Assembly: GCA_973895155.1 (NCBI GenBank)
Contig: OZ316894.1
Coordinates: 20,094,451 to 20,158,450 of the forward strand
Source of the DNA: Marsupella aquatica
Taxonomy: Eukaryota > Plantae > Marchantiophyta
Direction of reading: 5' to 3'
DNA: 64,000 bases
Shown: positions 36,481 to 52,454 of the stretch, piece by piece
Position numbering within the stretch: the stretch's first letter is position 1
Layout: each line of letters opens with the position of its first letter
Notes under the pieces: generated by a model
Told to the model about the DNA's origin: nothing
Seen by the model: the letters and a program-made list of their open reading frames with translations, nothing else
Databases searched by the model: none
Translations under genes and position numbers: made by a program

Positions 36481-38644
36481 AAGGTAGAGTTGTTGTGATG
36501 GTGTTCAACAACTTGTGCATGCGCATAGAAATTCGAGATGCAAGATAACTGTCACTATAGCATAGAGTCCAAGCACAACCAAATGAGAGAAAAAAAATGT
36601 TTTTTAATTTTAATTTTTTAGAGAAATTAATATTGCATACATTTTATTTATAATCAAGTTTTTCCAAAACTTTAAGGCTAATATCCAATTCTTTAAAAAT
36701 CATTTTTAATACTTAGTTTTTAATTAATATTCAATTAATTTGTCATCTTTGTTAATTTTGGGTAGGTTTGGGGTAGCTTGGGCAGAGGTAATTGAGATTA
36801 ATAGTTTTATGGATGGATTGAGCTGTTGCAGAAAAACAATAACTAAAAGCTAGGAATTGTTCCCATTTTTTTGAGTATATAAATGTACCACTTCTAGAGT
36901 ATTTGGTATTCTACTAACTTTTTCCCTCCTTGTATCAAATAAGTTATTATGCTTAACTTTAGTCAATTAGTTTTTACTCATGATTACACTATGCATTCAA
37001 TATTGTTTTCTTGTGTATCTATGATGGTACAGTCAGGTTTGTCCTTGCTACTAGTGTATGCAAGAGGGTAGTTCCATTTTTTGTTTTTTGTTTACACCAT
37101 TTGATTCATTTCGTGTGAAAAGATTTGGTGTCTTTTGGTCCACTCTATATTTAATTTTCTTTTGGTTTTATCCCTTCTGTTTATTGACTACCTTTTTCTT
37201 GGCACTGCATTTTTTAATGACAACCACGGGCAAAACAGGGGGCAAGAGTGTATTCTAGTTTAGAATGTCCCTTACAAAACTGTGACATTTCATCTTTCTG
37301 AAAAACTGTGCCGACAGATTTTGATTAGATGTTAGTCCATACTCAATACTTTCTCATTGCTATCTTTCTATGGTACATTCCTAAGCCCTTGGAAACATGC
37401 ATCCATCTGTTGACACCAAAATTGCAGGTTTTAACAGAAAATTACTTCGGTAATGTCAGGAAAGTAAAGCCTCTATGGACTGAGGGGTTTGCTCTGAAGC
37501 CCCCATGGATTTCCAAAGTTGAGATGGACTGACTAAGAACATCAAAGTACTTTAGAACATAGGGCTTCCTGAAGTAGTTTCAAGTCATGAGGCCCTTTGG
37601 AGTCAATTATTGTGTGTGGGGGGTTGAGTTGTTTCCTCAAGGATATGCTATCTAAAAAACCCAGTATTTAATGGTAGTCTTATTTCATTTCAAGTATATC
37701 AGAAAGTGGACATGCTTCTACATCAAAAAACATTTATATCTTACTTATAAAGCGTCAACTACAAGTTAGAGTTGGGGACTATGCTTCTAGAGTGAACACT
37801 CTAGACAATAACTCCATGGCTCATCATGTGGATGGGAAAATTCATGATTATCATGTATATCAAACTATAATGATGAGAAAACTCATAATGTATGTCAAAC
37901 TATAAGCATGCATGTTTTTTTTGTCATGGTTTCTATTTACATTAAAAAATGGACTCTATGGCCCCACCATAACATATGTGCAAAGAAAGAGGGACGTGCA
38001 TAAAAAGGAGTATCCTATCTTATGTATGATTAATAAAATGATGACATGCATGATATTTTTTTATCATTTAATTCACCTTCAAAGACTATGAATAAGGAAT
38101 AGATTTTGGGCACATTTTTATTGTATTCCCCACTATTCATGTTCAAAGAACGGGTAGTTAGGGTTAGTATTTATTATGATGAACCTGAGTTGTCCATCAT
38201 CTGTTACATAGCTGGATGCTTGGAGATACTTGGTAAGAGCAATTGTTGTTTTAGTTTTGCTTGCAGGCAAGGAGGTGAGTGTCCAAGATGTCATGACGGG
38301 TAGTCCTGCTGGCACCAAGGTTCAAAGCAGACCATGCAAAGGGTGTTGTACTTTAGATCTTATTTAATCAGGTGAGTACCATTTATTTTAATGTGAAGCA
38401 TATGCCCAATGCTGTAATTATTAATGCTCTTTGTTACTCTTCAATCTGGAATGCCCATTGAAGGAATGGCTTCATTTTTTATATAACGAGGATTAATAAG
38501 AAAGCTCTTATAAATAATGCCAGGTTAATCCTAGTTAGTCCTCACTAAATCTAGTTGTACCAGTGAGGACTACTGGTCTAGTAGATTACCCTAATGCCAG
38601 TCCTTTGGAGGTAGATAATTCATGAGGAAAAAACAAATCATTTT

Positions 38645-38829
38645 ATTTCTCACCCAATCAACTTTTCTACCGCCTGCCAGGTTAGAGTCACAATCTAGAG
38701 GTTTCAAACTAGATTATCTATCTATATAATATATTGTGATCAAAAGTTGGGATAAGGACCTGCAGTCTCGAGTGAAACTTCTAGACTGCGACTCTTGAGG
38801 GACAGATAGGGTTGGGTGAAACTAGAAAT
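38645..38829. mobile_element. Fold-back / MITE-like element with long imperfect terminal inverted repeats
   Basis: atttct-cacccaa...gagtcacaatctagaggtttca is the imperfect reverse complement of tgaaacttctagactgcgactc...ttgggtgaaactagaaat. Confidence 0.5.
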
Positions 38830-40016
38830 GGACACCATGGTATTCAACTGTTTATGTATGAGCAAAGCTCAAGCATTCAAGCTGTATTCTAGTTTCTCTT
38901 TGTCATTATACTATTAGATTTGTTTGTCATAAGAGCTTGTATGTGAGAGTGAACCAATGTTCTAGCAATGTATTACACAATCTGCCATTGTCCTCAACAC
39001 AAATTCTGGTGGATCCAGGTCATTAAAATAAGTCAATAATGTTCTCAAAAAAGTAAAAAAGTGCACTATCTTGTCATACCAAACCTGGTGGACAGTGGAG
39101 ATTAAAGGAGAGAATCATGCCTAAAATGCCTCATCTGCCAGGTTCAAGGGTTCTTAAATGGGTAACTGAGGGGAGGGCTGCAAAGAGTCGGGCCCTTCTG
39201 ATCCCTACCTTTGAGAAAATAAGACGAGGCCACCCTGCACTCAATGCTTGATCTAGGAAATTAAGGGATTTTAGAGGCCCAAAGTTTTCAGGGCCAACTC
39301 CATGCAAGATTGCATTCCACTGGTGGCTGGGATTTACACAAATTTTACTATATAATCGCAAGCACAAGCTACTGTCTAAAGTGAAGCCTTAACTCAAATA
39401 AGAACAAAATGTATAATGACTCTCAGTAAGACAAATCTAAAAGGTGCACAAAAAAATAGGTATGTAAGATAAAGGAAAAGAGTATATATATGTTATTTTT
39501 CTTCAATTTTTTTGGTTTGCACTTCTGTTTACTTTCAAGGAAGGGATAGTCAGGCTAGTAAATAAAAGCACGGAACCAAGGTGCAGCAGGACGGTAACCA
39601 GAGTCGGTGCGCCGTTGCTGGGACGACGGCTATTCGCGACTGCAGTAGTAGGGAGCGACTGGTCGAGACAGAGAGTGATCGATGGCGACGACGGAGGGCC
39701 TCTCGTGTGTGGATCGTCTCTGTCCGCCGATGACTGCGCATCGGTACACTTCTCGTTTCCTCTTGCCTTCCTAGACTGATCGCGTGGCTGTTTGGCTTTG
39801 TTCAGTTTGTTGAATGGCTGCAGCAATCGATTCCTTCATTGATTCATTTGATCGATATCCGAGCAACCGAGCAGGCATTCTTGCGTTCTCGTTCTTTCAT
39901 TCATTTTCAGGCGACGGAGGGAACAGTGAGTCGTCTGTTTCGGGCGGGCGATCGCTCAGCAGGCGAGTGCGGCACTCACTGGACAGGATTGAAACTCGTC
40001 GACCCTGAGCTGAGCT

Positions 40017-40043
40017 GAGAGAGAGAGAGAGAGAGAGAGAGAG
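40017..40043 (+). repeat. (GA)n microsatellite upstream of ZTL/FKF1
   Basis: Uninterrupted GA run. Confidence 0.9.
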
Positions 40044-41059
40044 CTTTATTGAACAATATAGTAGTTGTGGTCGTGGTTGTGGCGGTGCTGGTGTTGTCGT
40101 CCCAGGGGTGCGAGGCGGACTGGAGGTGGAGCAGCAGCGGGCTTAGTGGTGGTGGTGGTTCTCTGTTTAGCTTGGAGCTTGGAGGTTTTCTAGTGGTTGT
40201 GTGGAGGAGACGGGGCAAGTTGGTGAAGGTCTGATTCTGAGCGGCACCTTCGGAAAGGGTGGATTGATTGATTGTTGGATGATAGATCGGTGTACGAGTG
40301 ATAGTTTACGGCAGTGGTGAGGAAGGTGGAGTCAGAAGGGAATGAGATGCGGAACGCGCGAACGGGAGAGGGAGAGAGATAAGAGATCGACATGTTTGTC
40401 GTGAATGAGACCCAGACCGTACGAATGGGAGCGAGGGAAGACTGTAGGCGATGACAATGTGTGGGAGTGTGTTGAGCGTTAGGTTTTGAGCTTGAAGAAG
40501 CTGGCGAAGGAGTGGATGGATGTTGTTATTGGGATGAACTTAGAGAAAGGAGAGGAAGAGTGCGGATGTTGGTGAGGTGACGTTTGTGGGTGATGAGGTA
40601 AGGTTTTGTGGAGGTGGTCAGCACGGAGAAGATGGGAGTGGGCTGTGATATTTGTCGGTACTTTGACGGCATGAAGGATCGAAGCTACCACACAAGAAGG
40701 ATTGTTCGGGAAGTGTTGGGATTAGGGCTGGAGAGGGGCGTTTTATGTGGAGAATGTTCGGACGGAGGAGGATGAAATTGGAATGAGAGTGTGTGTAAGA
40801 AGGATATGCTGTAGATGGCTGATGCAAGGACACTTTTGCAGAGGATTTTGATTCGATGGGCATATGCTGAGATTAGGCGTAGCGGTTGAGGTGCTGCGGA
40901 TTTAGGGAAGGAAGTTAAAGAAGCTGGCTGTGTAGTAGGTAGTGTAGTTAGGGGAACAGTAGCACCTTATTTAGTAGGAAGCAGCAGTAAAGAAGATATC
41001 TCAACAGAACTCTGATTTGGTTGTGCGTGAACGGCCAGGTTGAAGATTAATTTGTGTGA

Positions 41060-43647
<2,588 letters not shown>

Positions 43648-46019
43648 CTCCCAGCACAGGCGTGCATGGGCACTGGAGAGGGACAGGGCTTAAGAACCAC
43701 AGGGCACATTCCTTGCCAGTAGAAGGAAGGTTATATGAATCCAATTATTGGACGACTAACTCAGCACCGTGCATGGTACTGCACGGCTACAAGAGAGGGA
43801 TGGGGTTGATATGAATCATTACCTTGATGGGGTATGCGTTGCCACGGGAGAGGGAGCTGACAGATAAATTTAACATGATTGTAAATATCACTTTCTTGCG
43901 GAGGTGGAGATGTAGCAAGCACTTGCTCTTGGATGTCTGTGAACACCTCATAGCATTGTATTCTCTCTTAGTACCCACAGGGGTTTAACTTGGGAGAGAA
44001 CCATCTATCTTCTTGCAGTGGACTACCTTATGTAAGATAGGCAACCGTATAGGGCATCGATGCGAAGTGGCGAACCATTTTTCAGTTGACATTTGTGCCC
44101 TAGGGACAACTGTGGATTATTTTGAGACCAATCACAATGTTCCGCGTACACAATTGCAATTGGAGTGCGCACATCTGTTCTGTTGAGTTGAAGCTGTTGT
44201 TCCAGGAAAATTTTGAACGTCTTGTCCATCACTGTCGTGCTTTGAGCGTTTTCTCAGTCTATCAAAATGCGTTGCAAATGTTCACAAGTTCCATTGGTAC
44301 CCTATCCTGTTAAGGCACCTGTTACTTGGATACTCTAGTGATCAAATAACTTCACCTTCTGGTTCCTATTTCACTGTGTGCTAGTCAGGTCAATCGTATG
44401 CGTAGGTAACAGGATGCGAGATTTCTTATGCGGTCGCAGTAGTAGTACCAAACCAGTATTTCGAAAACTGTCTGTTTAACGTCTTCTGATTGTGATTGTA
44501 TCAGTAAGACTGACTTTCCTTATTTTCGTCAAGATTCTTCCCTTGAAGTTGGTTCACAGCCTTTTGGTTGTGATGATTGCACAGAAGCAGGTGAGACATG
44601 AGCGCCTTATCCATCCCACTTTGCTTGCTTTTGTTCTATATTCATAGAAGCTAATGGACTGTTACTGGTTTGCTGGGTGGATTGGTGTAGTCGTATAGAT
44701 GAGTTGGGTTGAGATACATGAGTTGTGGTGGTTGGCAAGAGTTTGTGAATGTTAATTTCTGTCGAATGCGCTTTGGCTGAGACGTTCATTGTGGTTTGTC
44801 TGGGGGCTTTTCATGCCTTCCTAATCAGGCAATGCCGTGGCACAATTACACTCGTGGTTGCTGCGAGTACTGTGATCTATCCAGATCCAGTCTCTCTTAC
44901 ATTATTTTCAGATTTGTTTGGGTTCTTGGCGCTTCTGCTTATGGTAGTGAGAATCACTAGCTAATTGATGGCATTTCTGGCTGATGGAGTTTATAGTTGT
45001 GAGGACTACCTGATTGACGACAGTTATCACGAGTTGGTGGAGGACTGAAATCGGAGAACTAGACCAGAAGTTCAGAAGGGATTTCTGAAAAGTATCTCAA
45101 TAGCAAGAGATGTCGTTTTTGGAGCCTTGAATGTAGTGAGGGTCCCAGACAACTATCATGAAGCACAAGGGTACACTTTTGACTCCTGGGTACACATCTT
45201 TAGATGCCACGAGAAAGAACTCCCGATTGCTGTAGCAAAATAGATGTCCACGTATACGTCCTGTCTTCTAGATAATTTGCCATGGGCGGCACTAGGGACT
45301 GTAGTTCCGTTTGCTCACAATTGTGGTTTCTTGCGAATGGAAGTTCAGCTAACATCTGTGTCAACCATTGCGTTCCTTCTAGGCGATTCCATGTGGAACA
45401 TACTTTAACTAAATAGGTTTCCAATTATGTTTGTCGTCGAGGCCAATCCAAGTGGAACATACTTTCAACTAAATAAATTTACAAAAATTATGTTCGACTT
45501 TGAATTTGTCCTTGCATAATGCACAGTTTCAACTATTACGGTTTCAAGTGTCTTGAACTTTGAGCCTGTCCACTTTCAACTATTAGAGGTCCAAGTATCG
45601 TGGAGTTTGAGCACGTCCCTGTAGAATGCACCAGACTTTCAATTTTATGGCGCTCAAACTTAGCTTGGGGTTGGGCTTATCTTAGCAGAAGCACTAAAAT
45701 GACCAGGCCCCCATTGTTAACTTCTTAACGCGATTATTTAAAAGCCCGTCCCTACAAATCGATGTCGAAAACGCAGGTTTTTATAATTTGAAGCGTTGCT
45801 AAGGGCCTCTTTACGAAAACTATGCCCCATTTCATTCCCCCATTCCTTTCTACCAGATTATACCTCAGCCATCCAAAATACTCAGATAGAAACGACTTGC
45901 TTATTTCCTTGGCCTGTGCCTTGTTTTCGGTTGATTCATCACACTTGAGATTAATTTCAACATGAAACAGCCTCAGTTAAGAGGAGGAAATTCCCAAATC
46001 ACCCGAGAAGATGTTTTCA

Positions 46020-46712
46020 GTAAAGTCTGCGTCGACGGCAAAAGGTATCCACATCTATTTAAGAAGTGTGCAGATCTATCTAAAATTGAAGGTGGAACGC
46101 AGTCTGCTATCGTGGGACTATAGACATGGGTGAGACTAGGGTACTGTCCTGGGAGTACACAATGTGAAATTAGAGTTTCCATAAGTCTGCCGTCACGGCA
46201 TAAAGGTGTGCACATCTATCTAAGAAGTATGCAAATCTGCCAAGAGAGGCATGGCAGCTCACTTTAGTGATTCATAGGTCTTGGGTTCAAAAGTTATGAA
46301 TGACTGATCCAGTTATATAGAGTTTCACAGATTTCCCCTTAAATTTGAAAAAGAAAAATAAAAAATATGCAAATCTATCTAAAATTGAGGGTGAAACACA
46401 ATCTACTATCCTGTGACTATATACATGGTTGAGACTAGAGTATTATCCTGGATTAGCGGTGAAACTCGTTTTTGCTAGTGGGGTTCTAAATTGAAGGTGA
46501 TGCACAGTTTACTCTCCTTGTTTTGCGACTGGAGGTCACTGGGGTCTCAATTTGAAGGCATTTTGCAACTACGGGTCACTGGTGGTCTTAACTTGAAGGT
46601 GAATGACACGCACTCTCCTAGGACTGTACATGGGGTGGGGTCTAAAATTGAATGTGAAACACAGTTGACACTCCTGGGAATGTACATGGGGTAGACTAGA
46701 GGTGAAACTCGT
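46020..46712. repeat. Degenerate tandem repeat array between ZTL/FKF1 and ELP4
   Basis: Recurring tctaaaattgaaggtg...gactatagacatggg..gagactag units. Confidence 0.7.
46239..46365 (+). mobile_element. tRNA-derived SINE-like insertion with A-rich tail
   Basis: 11-bp TSD TATGCAAATCT (46228-46238 / 46366-46376), B-box-like AGGTCTTGGGTTCAAA, A-rich 3' tail; removing it restores the repeat unit seen at 46061-46092. Confidence 0.75.
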
Positions 46713-47681
46713 TGTTTGCGCTGGGGAGGTAAGTGAGATGACCTTCAGTTCTGCTCAGTCCGTACTGTTGTGTACACAGTTTCAGCTGCATCTCACAGTG
46801 ACTTATTCAGTCTCGTTTTCTTGGGAGACTCCACAGTAACTGACCTTTTGGCCTAAAAACTGACTTCATATGCAGGATTCACCCCCTGAAGTTTAGGGAC
46901 ACTAACAGAGCTATGTTTTCCGTAGAGGTTTATTTGGGGGGGGGGGGGGGGAGGGGGGGTGTTTGTATTGCACAATGTCCTGTGCTATTAAGGCGAGTGG
47001 ACAATCTCTTGGGTTCAATAAATCTATGCACAGAACTGCAAGGAGCTACATTTTGCATACATGTAGGTACCTGAAAAGACGGCCAATTGCATATTTCTTT
47101 AGCCTCCTCCGATATTTGGGTCCCTATTCTCAACCTACCCTTTGCTTCAATGCCACATACATCGGCTTATCATTTTCATATAGCAGGCTCATACTGAACT
47201 AACTTTGTTATTTGATCCTCTAGTAAATTGTCTAATCAAGAGTAAATGCAGTTGCACCAGACTCCTTCAGTTGCCACAAACAGAAGACTGCTATTCACAT
47301 CCCCTTGATCTTGTTCCTCCACTTTTATGATTGACTTTTGGCAACACTTTTTCTTCTAACGTGGAGGGTGACGCATTTGAGAAGTCAATATCTCCTTCGG
47401 CAAAGGGTTTTATTCCCCATGCATGTTATCTCAAATTTGCCTGCACAGTTGCATCGAAAAGGCAAGAGGGTCAAACGATAGAAGGACGGGTTTAAAACCA
47501 GAAGCACACGAGCAAGGATCGAATTGGATTCGTTAGAAACATACCAAAATTTGTTCTGCCCCGCAAACTGCAAGAAGTCCTGGTCAGACGTACCCCCTAC
47601 TGCTTCTTCCATTTGTTCCACCAGAAAGGACACAAAAGACTGTCCATGTTATTCAGGGTGCTTAAATGCTTTTAATTTCTC

Positions 47682-50600
47682 TCAAAAATCAAGGACAGAC
47701 GGTGCATTTGCAGGTTGTGCACAAAGCAGGCTGCTCGCACCGCCTCCTTTTCCACCAGAAGCGTCAATAGGGGTCAAATGTAGCCTTTCCAGTGCTACCT
47801 TCTTCTTTTGGAGAACCTTAATAGCGAAAGGACCAACCTGCGGAACTCTTGGGACCTACAAAAGGTATGAAAAAGGTCCGCTTCTCACAATGTACATGCA
47901 AAGCTGTCATAAAGTGAAACCACTTGTGATATCCGAAAGCCATGAAATAAAACGGTGACAAGACTCTATCATCCACCTTTGTGAATCCGAGATGAATGGT
48001 AAATGACATGTGGGCGAGCCATTAAAAAACATCCAGGAAATTGAGGACCCACCTGAGAATTGATGTTAGCCATTTTATGAACCCTCAGAAAGCCTACCAT
48101 GTCCTTATAGCCCGTAAACATTGATTCCATGTCCTTGTCTTCATCTACATATCATGAATTATATCGCACGCATTTCAGTGAGAGTTTCAACGTCAAAGGC
48201 TTCTGATGAACCGTTACGGGATTTGGACAATGAGGATCGATATTTCACCAACTAACGAAGCACTGAATACTCACACCTGTGCTGAATATCTGCCAAAGAC
48301 TTGCATAGGGTGCAAGGAAAGAGTTGTCACAGCACTAGCTCACAACCCAGAAATCTTACCTCGAATAGCTTCTACGGATAGCAGAATATCAGATAAATGT
48401 TGCCAGCGGGCACTGATAGAAGCCCTCAATAAAGCACTTGGAAAGGTTATGAAGCCCACAGCCCTTGCCTCACGTAATCTGCTTTTGAGTCCGTGCAAGA
48501 AGGCCAACATTTCCCAATCCTGCCATAGAACCCCCGTTTCGAGCAATCACGATTCCAAAGTCTGATCATGATCAGGCCACTTTAGACTACCCTTTACACC
48601 GTCTCTTGCAAAAATGAAGCCCAAAATTTGCAACAGCAGCCTTCAGCAGTTCCTTGACAATAGGAACGATTTAACACGAGATTACTACCTCATGCTTATT
48701 TCAATCACTAACAACAAAGAGGGAATGTAGACAACCAGAAAACAATACTAGGTTCACACTAGCCATGATGAGTTCACTTACTGACAATGACACCATACAC
48801 TGGGGTGCGCATAAAGATTGAAGAGCAACCCTCCCAACATGATTGCCGCCAGCTTCGGTCCTGTTCATTTTCAAAACCAAACCAACTAAATGAAGTTGAA
48901 CGCGACGAGTTGTGGAACAACCAAGATCGGTGAATCGTAATGATGAACAAACTGTCATGGTCTACTGCTGTCCCAATCCTGCAACCACTTCTGTCGAGAA
49001 AGACATATGTAGACCTACCTGGCGAGCGAACCAAAGAATGTGGAACACTTTTCTTGAAGTGAAGCAAAGTTCGTTCCACCCTGAAGGCTTAAGCATTCAA
49101 TGTTTGGGGCCGTCCACATTGTTCGATCCAGGGGCTTACGTAGATCAAAATGTGTAGTGTATTCTCGTCTCTGTCCTGATGGTCAACCACAAATCCCAAC
49201 ATTCTCTCGTGTCAGCCCTCACCCTTGCGAGATCCACAGCTCCTCGCGGACATCCTTTTTCTGCACCTTTGTCTACACTACTACGTAACATTACTTCTCC
49301 ATCCGCACCCACATACCCGGCCCCATTGGAAAGACAAAATCTGGATACCGACAGGTTCAAAAGTCATCGATGAAACCTTGAGGAAGCTGGTTGTCAGTGG
49401 ACAACGATGACGCTCGCAATTCTTGCTGTCGGAGACGGCGATCTGCAAGCTCTTGTTGTTCACTCAAGTATCTTCGATATTGCCAGGCAATTCGCAGGTC
49501 TTCACCCTGAACGAACATCATCTAGTTTAGAGACTATACGATGAGGCAAAGGGAAGGACTGATCTTGACTAGAATCATAGAACAGTCTTTTATCCGTCCG
49601 GCTCCCCCTGCTCCGTTTCTTGTCGTGTGATAGGAGCTCCTCTGGACCCATTTCAAGATTATTCATTGTGTGTCAATGCCAATTGACTTTCACCTTACGA
49701 TCGAGACATGAAAACACAGCAATAGCCAGCAGAATGCAAACCAACCTGTGCCTCTGGACCCTTTCGCGAGCTCTTGTGCTCCTCTTTAGTGGCCAGACCA
49801 GGCAAAGTCCCAAGGAAAGACTTTGGAGATGGCAAAGGACTCGCAAACAAAAGAGGCTGGCCATGAACGAGACCCTGTGCCATAAAGTAGCGCATCAGGA
49901 GCATGTGATGGGGAGCCTCTAAATCCTCCATCACCATCACGATTCCCCCCACTGGAATGCCTCCCCCTATGATCTGTGGGTCAAGGTCAAGGAACAATTA
50001 CCGATGAACTGAATACACCACAAATGCAATGAACAGAAGCCCGGTTTATTGTCAGGGTGAGAGTGTGGTTGCAATTTCCATGTTTGCTGACTTTTACTCA
50101 ACGATTCCCTCATCCACTTACGACCCATGGGAGCCAATAAGGAGACCATAAAGTAAAATTTCCAATTGTAGGAAGAATAATGTTTTTGCAGCGCAAGGTG
50201 CTTACTGCCCTGGAGGGCTTTGACCATACACAGTTTGATTGAATGAGGGAGAGGACAACAGGAAGAAATTCTACGGGTAGGACCCCAATCGGACGACAGG
50301 ATTGGGAGGAGTGCCAATGCAGGACACTAAGAAGAGCCAGAGATGGCCTAGAAGTTGGACTTGATCAATATTTGGATCAACCACCCAATCATCTGCAGTA
50401 CAAGTAAATCTGTCATGACGTTAACAACCTATCAAATCTTTCACTCTGATTGAAAATACACAACCGACATCTTTGGACTTACATCTAGGGTTTGGTTAAA
50501 CCCTAAACCCTGGCAGCAATTATTGGATAAAATTACTACGTTACGGCTACAATCAGAATCGACAAAGCGTCTTCCTTTTCAAAATGTAGAGAGGATATCA

Positions 50601-50826
50601 TCGACTTCGTTTTTTCGCTAATCCCTAAACCCTGGCAGTAACGCAAGTAAGAAATTTACTACGTTGTGACTGGAATCAGAATTTTCGTTTTCAATAATTA
50701 TGTAGAAAGGATATCATCGAGATCGGAGAGGCCCGAGGAGACGAGGGACGTTCCGTGAGGCCCTGCCCTGGCGCCCACAGCCAGCACGTCCCCAGCCGAG
50801 GCGGCTGCCTTTCTCACGAAACTCAT
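47682..50826 (-). CDS. ELP4: Elongator complex protein 4 (377 aa); exons 50826-50715, 49975-49746, 49506-49377, 49175-49019, 48860-48782, 48519-48360, 48144-48053, 47855-47682
   Basis: SSGLSDLD|EIIGGGIPVGGIVMVMED, HHMLLMRYFMAQG, LRIAWQYRRY, FDLRKPL, RWQHLSDILLSV, C-terminal LDF*; all exon phases are consistent. Confidence 0.92.
49976..50714 (-). other. U12-type (minor spliceosome) AT-AC intron 1 of ELP4, 739 nt
   Basis: 5' splice site ATATCCTTT at 50714, branch point TTCCTTGAC at 49994-49986, terminal AC at 49977-49976; this junction keeps the ELP4 frame. Confidence 0.92.
50498..50511 (+). promoter_or_regulatory. Telo-box-like motif (AAACCCTA) in ELP4 intron 1
   Basis: aaaccctaaaccct, partly repeated at ~50623-50633. 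Confidence 0.4.
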
Positions 50827-51389
50827 GAGAGTGGTCTTGAAGCGAATCAGGGTATATAAACCGATCAAATCCTATTCAACAACTCGTCCTGCGAATTTCA
50901 CGTCTTCAATTGTACATACTACAGGTACCGTAGAAGACTGATGATGCTGTTACTCACTGCTCAAAGATCACACTACTCTCTCTCAAGAAAATGGTCTGTC
51001 GCCACCAACCGATCTCGCCCAACCCTGCAACTCAAGCTCCACTGAATACCAACAACTCCATCGATTGATTCACTTTTCTCGTGCAGCTCTTCGGGCCTCT
51101 CTGGCAATTTCTGATTGAGGGCGATTTAGATTTTGCCAATTTTATCTCTACTACTCTTCAAAATCACACAGAACAGTCGTAAGAAGTTTTGTAGCATTGG
51201 TTTTCTCTGAGTGTTCACATTATTCCTCTGTAGAGATAAAGCAAGTGAGCCCAGGTTTTTTGTGCTGTAATTATTCCTTCAAAGATTTCTTCCATACACT
51301 AGGTTGCGTCTGAGTACACATTGCTTAAACCTCCATCTACTCCCATAAAGGCCAAAGTTGGTGTTAACGACTCTAGTCAGATTCCTGGA

Positions 51390-51650
51390 AATGACCCTCC
51401 TATGCACTTTACCTGGAGCTCTACCAGGCTTTTCAATTTGCCAATGGGTAGGGTTTTAGAGTTCTTAGTTTTTGGGTGTTGTTGTGGGGGCTCTTGCTGG
51501 TGACTCTCCGGGTTTTTGGCTCTTTCGTCTTCCTAGATATTCTCTTGTTTCCTCTTTCTTTATTGGGTCTCATGGAGGGATCCTGTCGCTGGGTTGGGTG
51601 CCTTTTGTTTTTTGGCAGTGTGATATATTTCCATATACTGATCATATAAA
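51390..51650 (+). mobile_element. Dispersed repeat (probable non-LTR 3' end) related in inverse orientation to 55140-55400
   Basis: gaccctcctatgcactttacctggag / gaccctcccatgcagttcaccttggag and tttgttttttggcagt / tttgtttttttgcagt are shared between the copies. Confidence 0.45.
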
Positions 51651-52110
51651 AGCCACATAGGCCACAGCCCACACACCTCATTTGCTCCTCTCTGCCCAGG
51701 ACACTATTACTAGCACCAATTATGCCATTGTTTATTGTCCTATAGATCTGTGCACAGTCAGAATTGGGCAGTTGATTTTGCAAATAATCACTACAACTGC
51801 TTAAAAATATCTTTGTAGCATTCACAACCCAATTCACCTGGTAGCATGTGCAAAAGTGAGCACAAAAAGGAAACTCTGGTGGGGGCACAATAAGAGATGG
51901 AGTTGCACCAAGTCGCATGTTGAAAACTTTGGTGGTGGTAAGGGAGCATGACAACATCCCACTTGGAACCTACAATCCTACAATAGATTGCGTGCTGCCT
52001 CAGCCCCAAGATCACATCAAGATTGGTCTGTCTCTAAGTATACCCAGGACAGGTTCTGCAAATTGGGTCTAGCTACACTCATCTTGCTACTGTCCATGCC
52101 CACTTAGCTT

Positions 52111-52454
52111 TGTTAGATATTGCTCTAGTCTTGTGACTCTTGTGCTAACCACAGTTAGGCTAACTCGGGTTAGGACCTAGCTAAGGTTAGCGGTAGTGCT
52201 GTTGTGCATATAGCCAGGGCTGATGCCAGACCCTGGTGGAACTTAGGCTCATTGTTACGGAGCTAGTTGAGAGATAGGGAGAGCTTGTGCTGTGGATGCT
52301 TGGTATGGCCGGTCGGCCTAGAGTGCAGTAAAGCTCTTGTGTGTTCCCGTGGACGTAGCCTCATGTGGAGGTGAACCACGTATCTCTATGTGTCGACTAC
52401 TGTGCGTTGGATGGTTCATGGGCTTGCCGTTGCGAATGTCGTCTATGCTCAACA
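52111..52454 (+). mobile_element. Solo LTR (copia-like), 344 bp
   Basis: TGTT...AACA termini, TSD AGCTT (52106-52110 / 52455-52459), GTGGACGTAGC...GAACCACGT. Confidence 0.92.
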
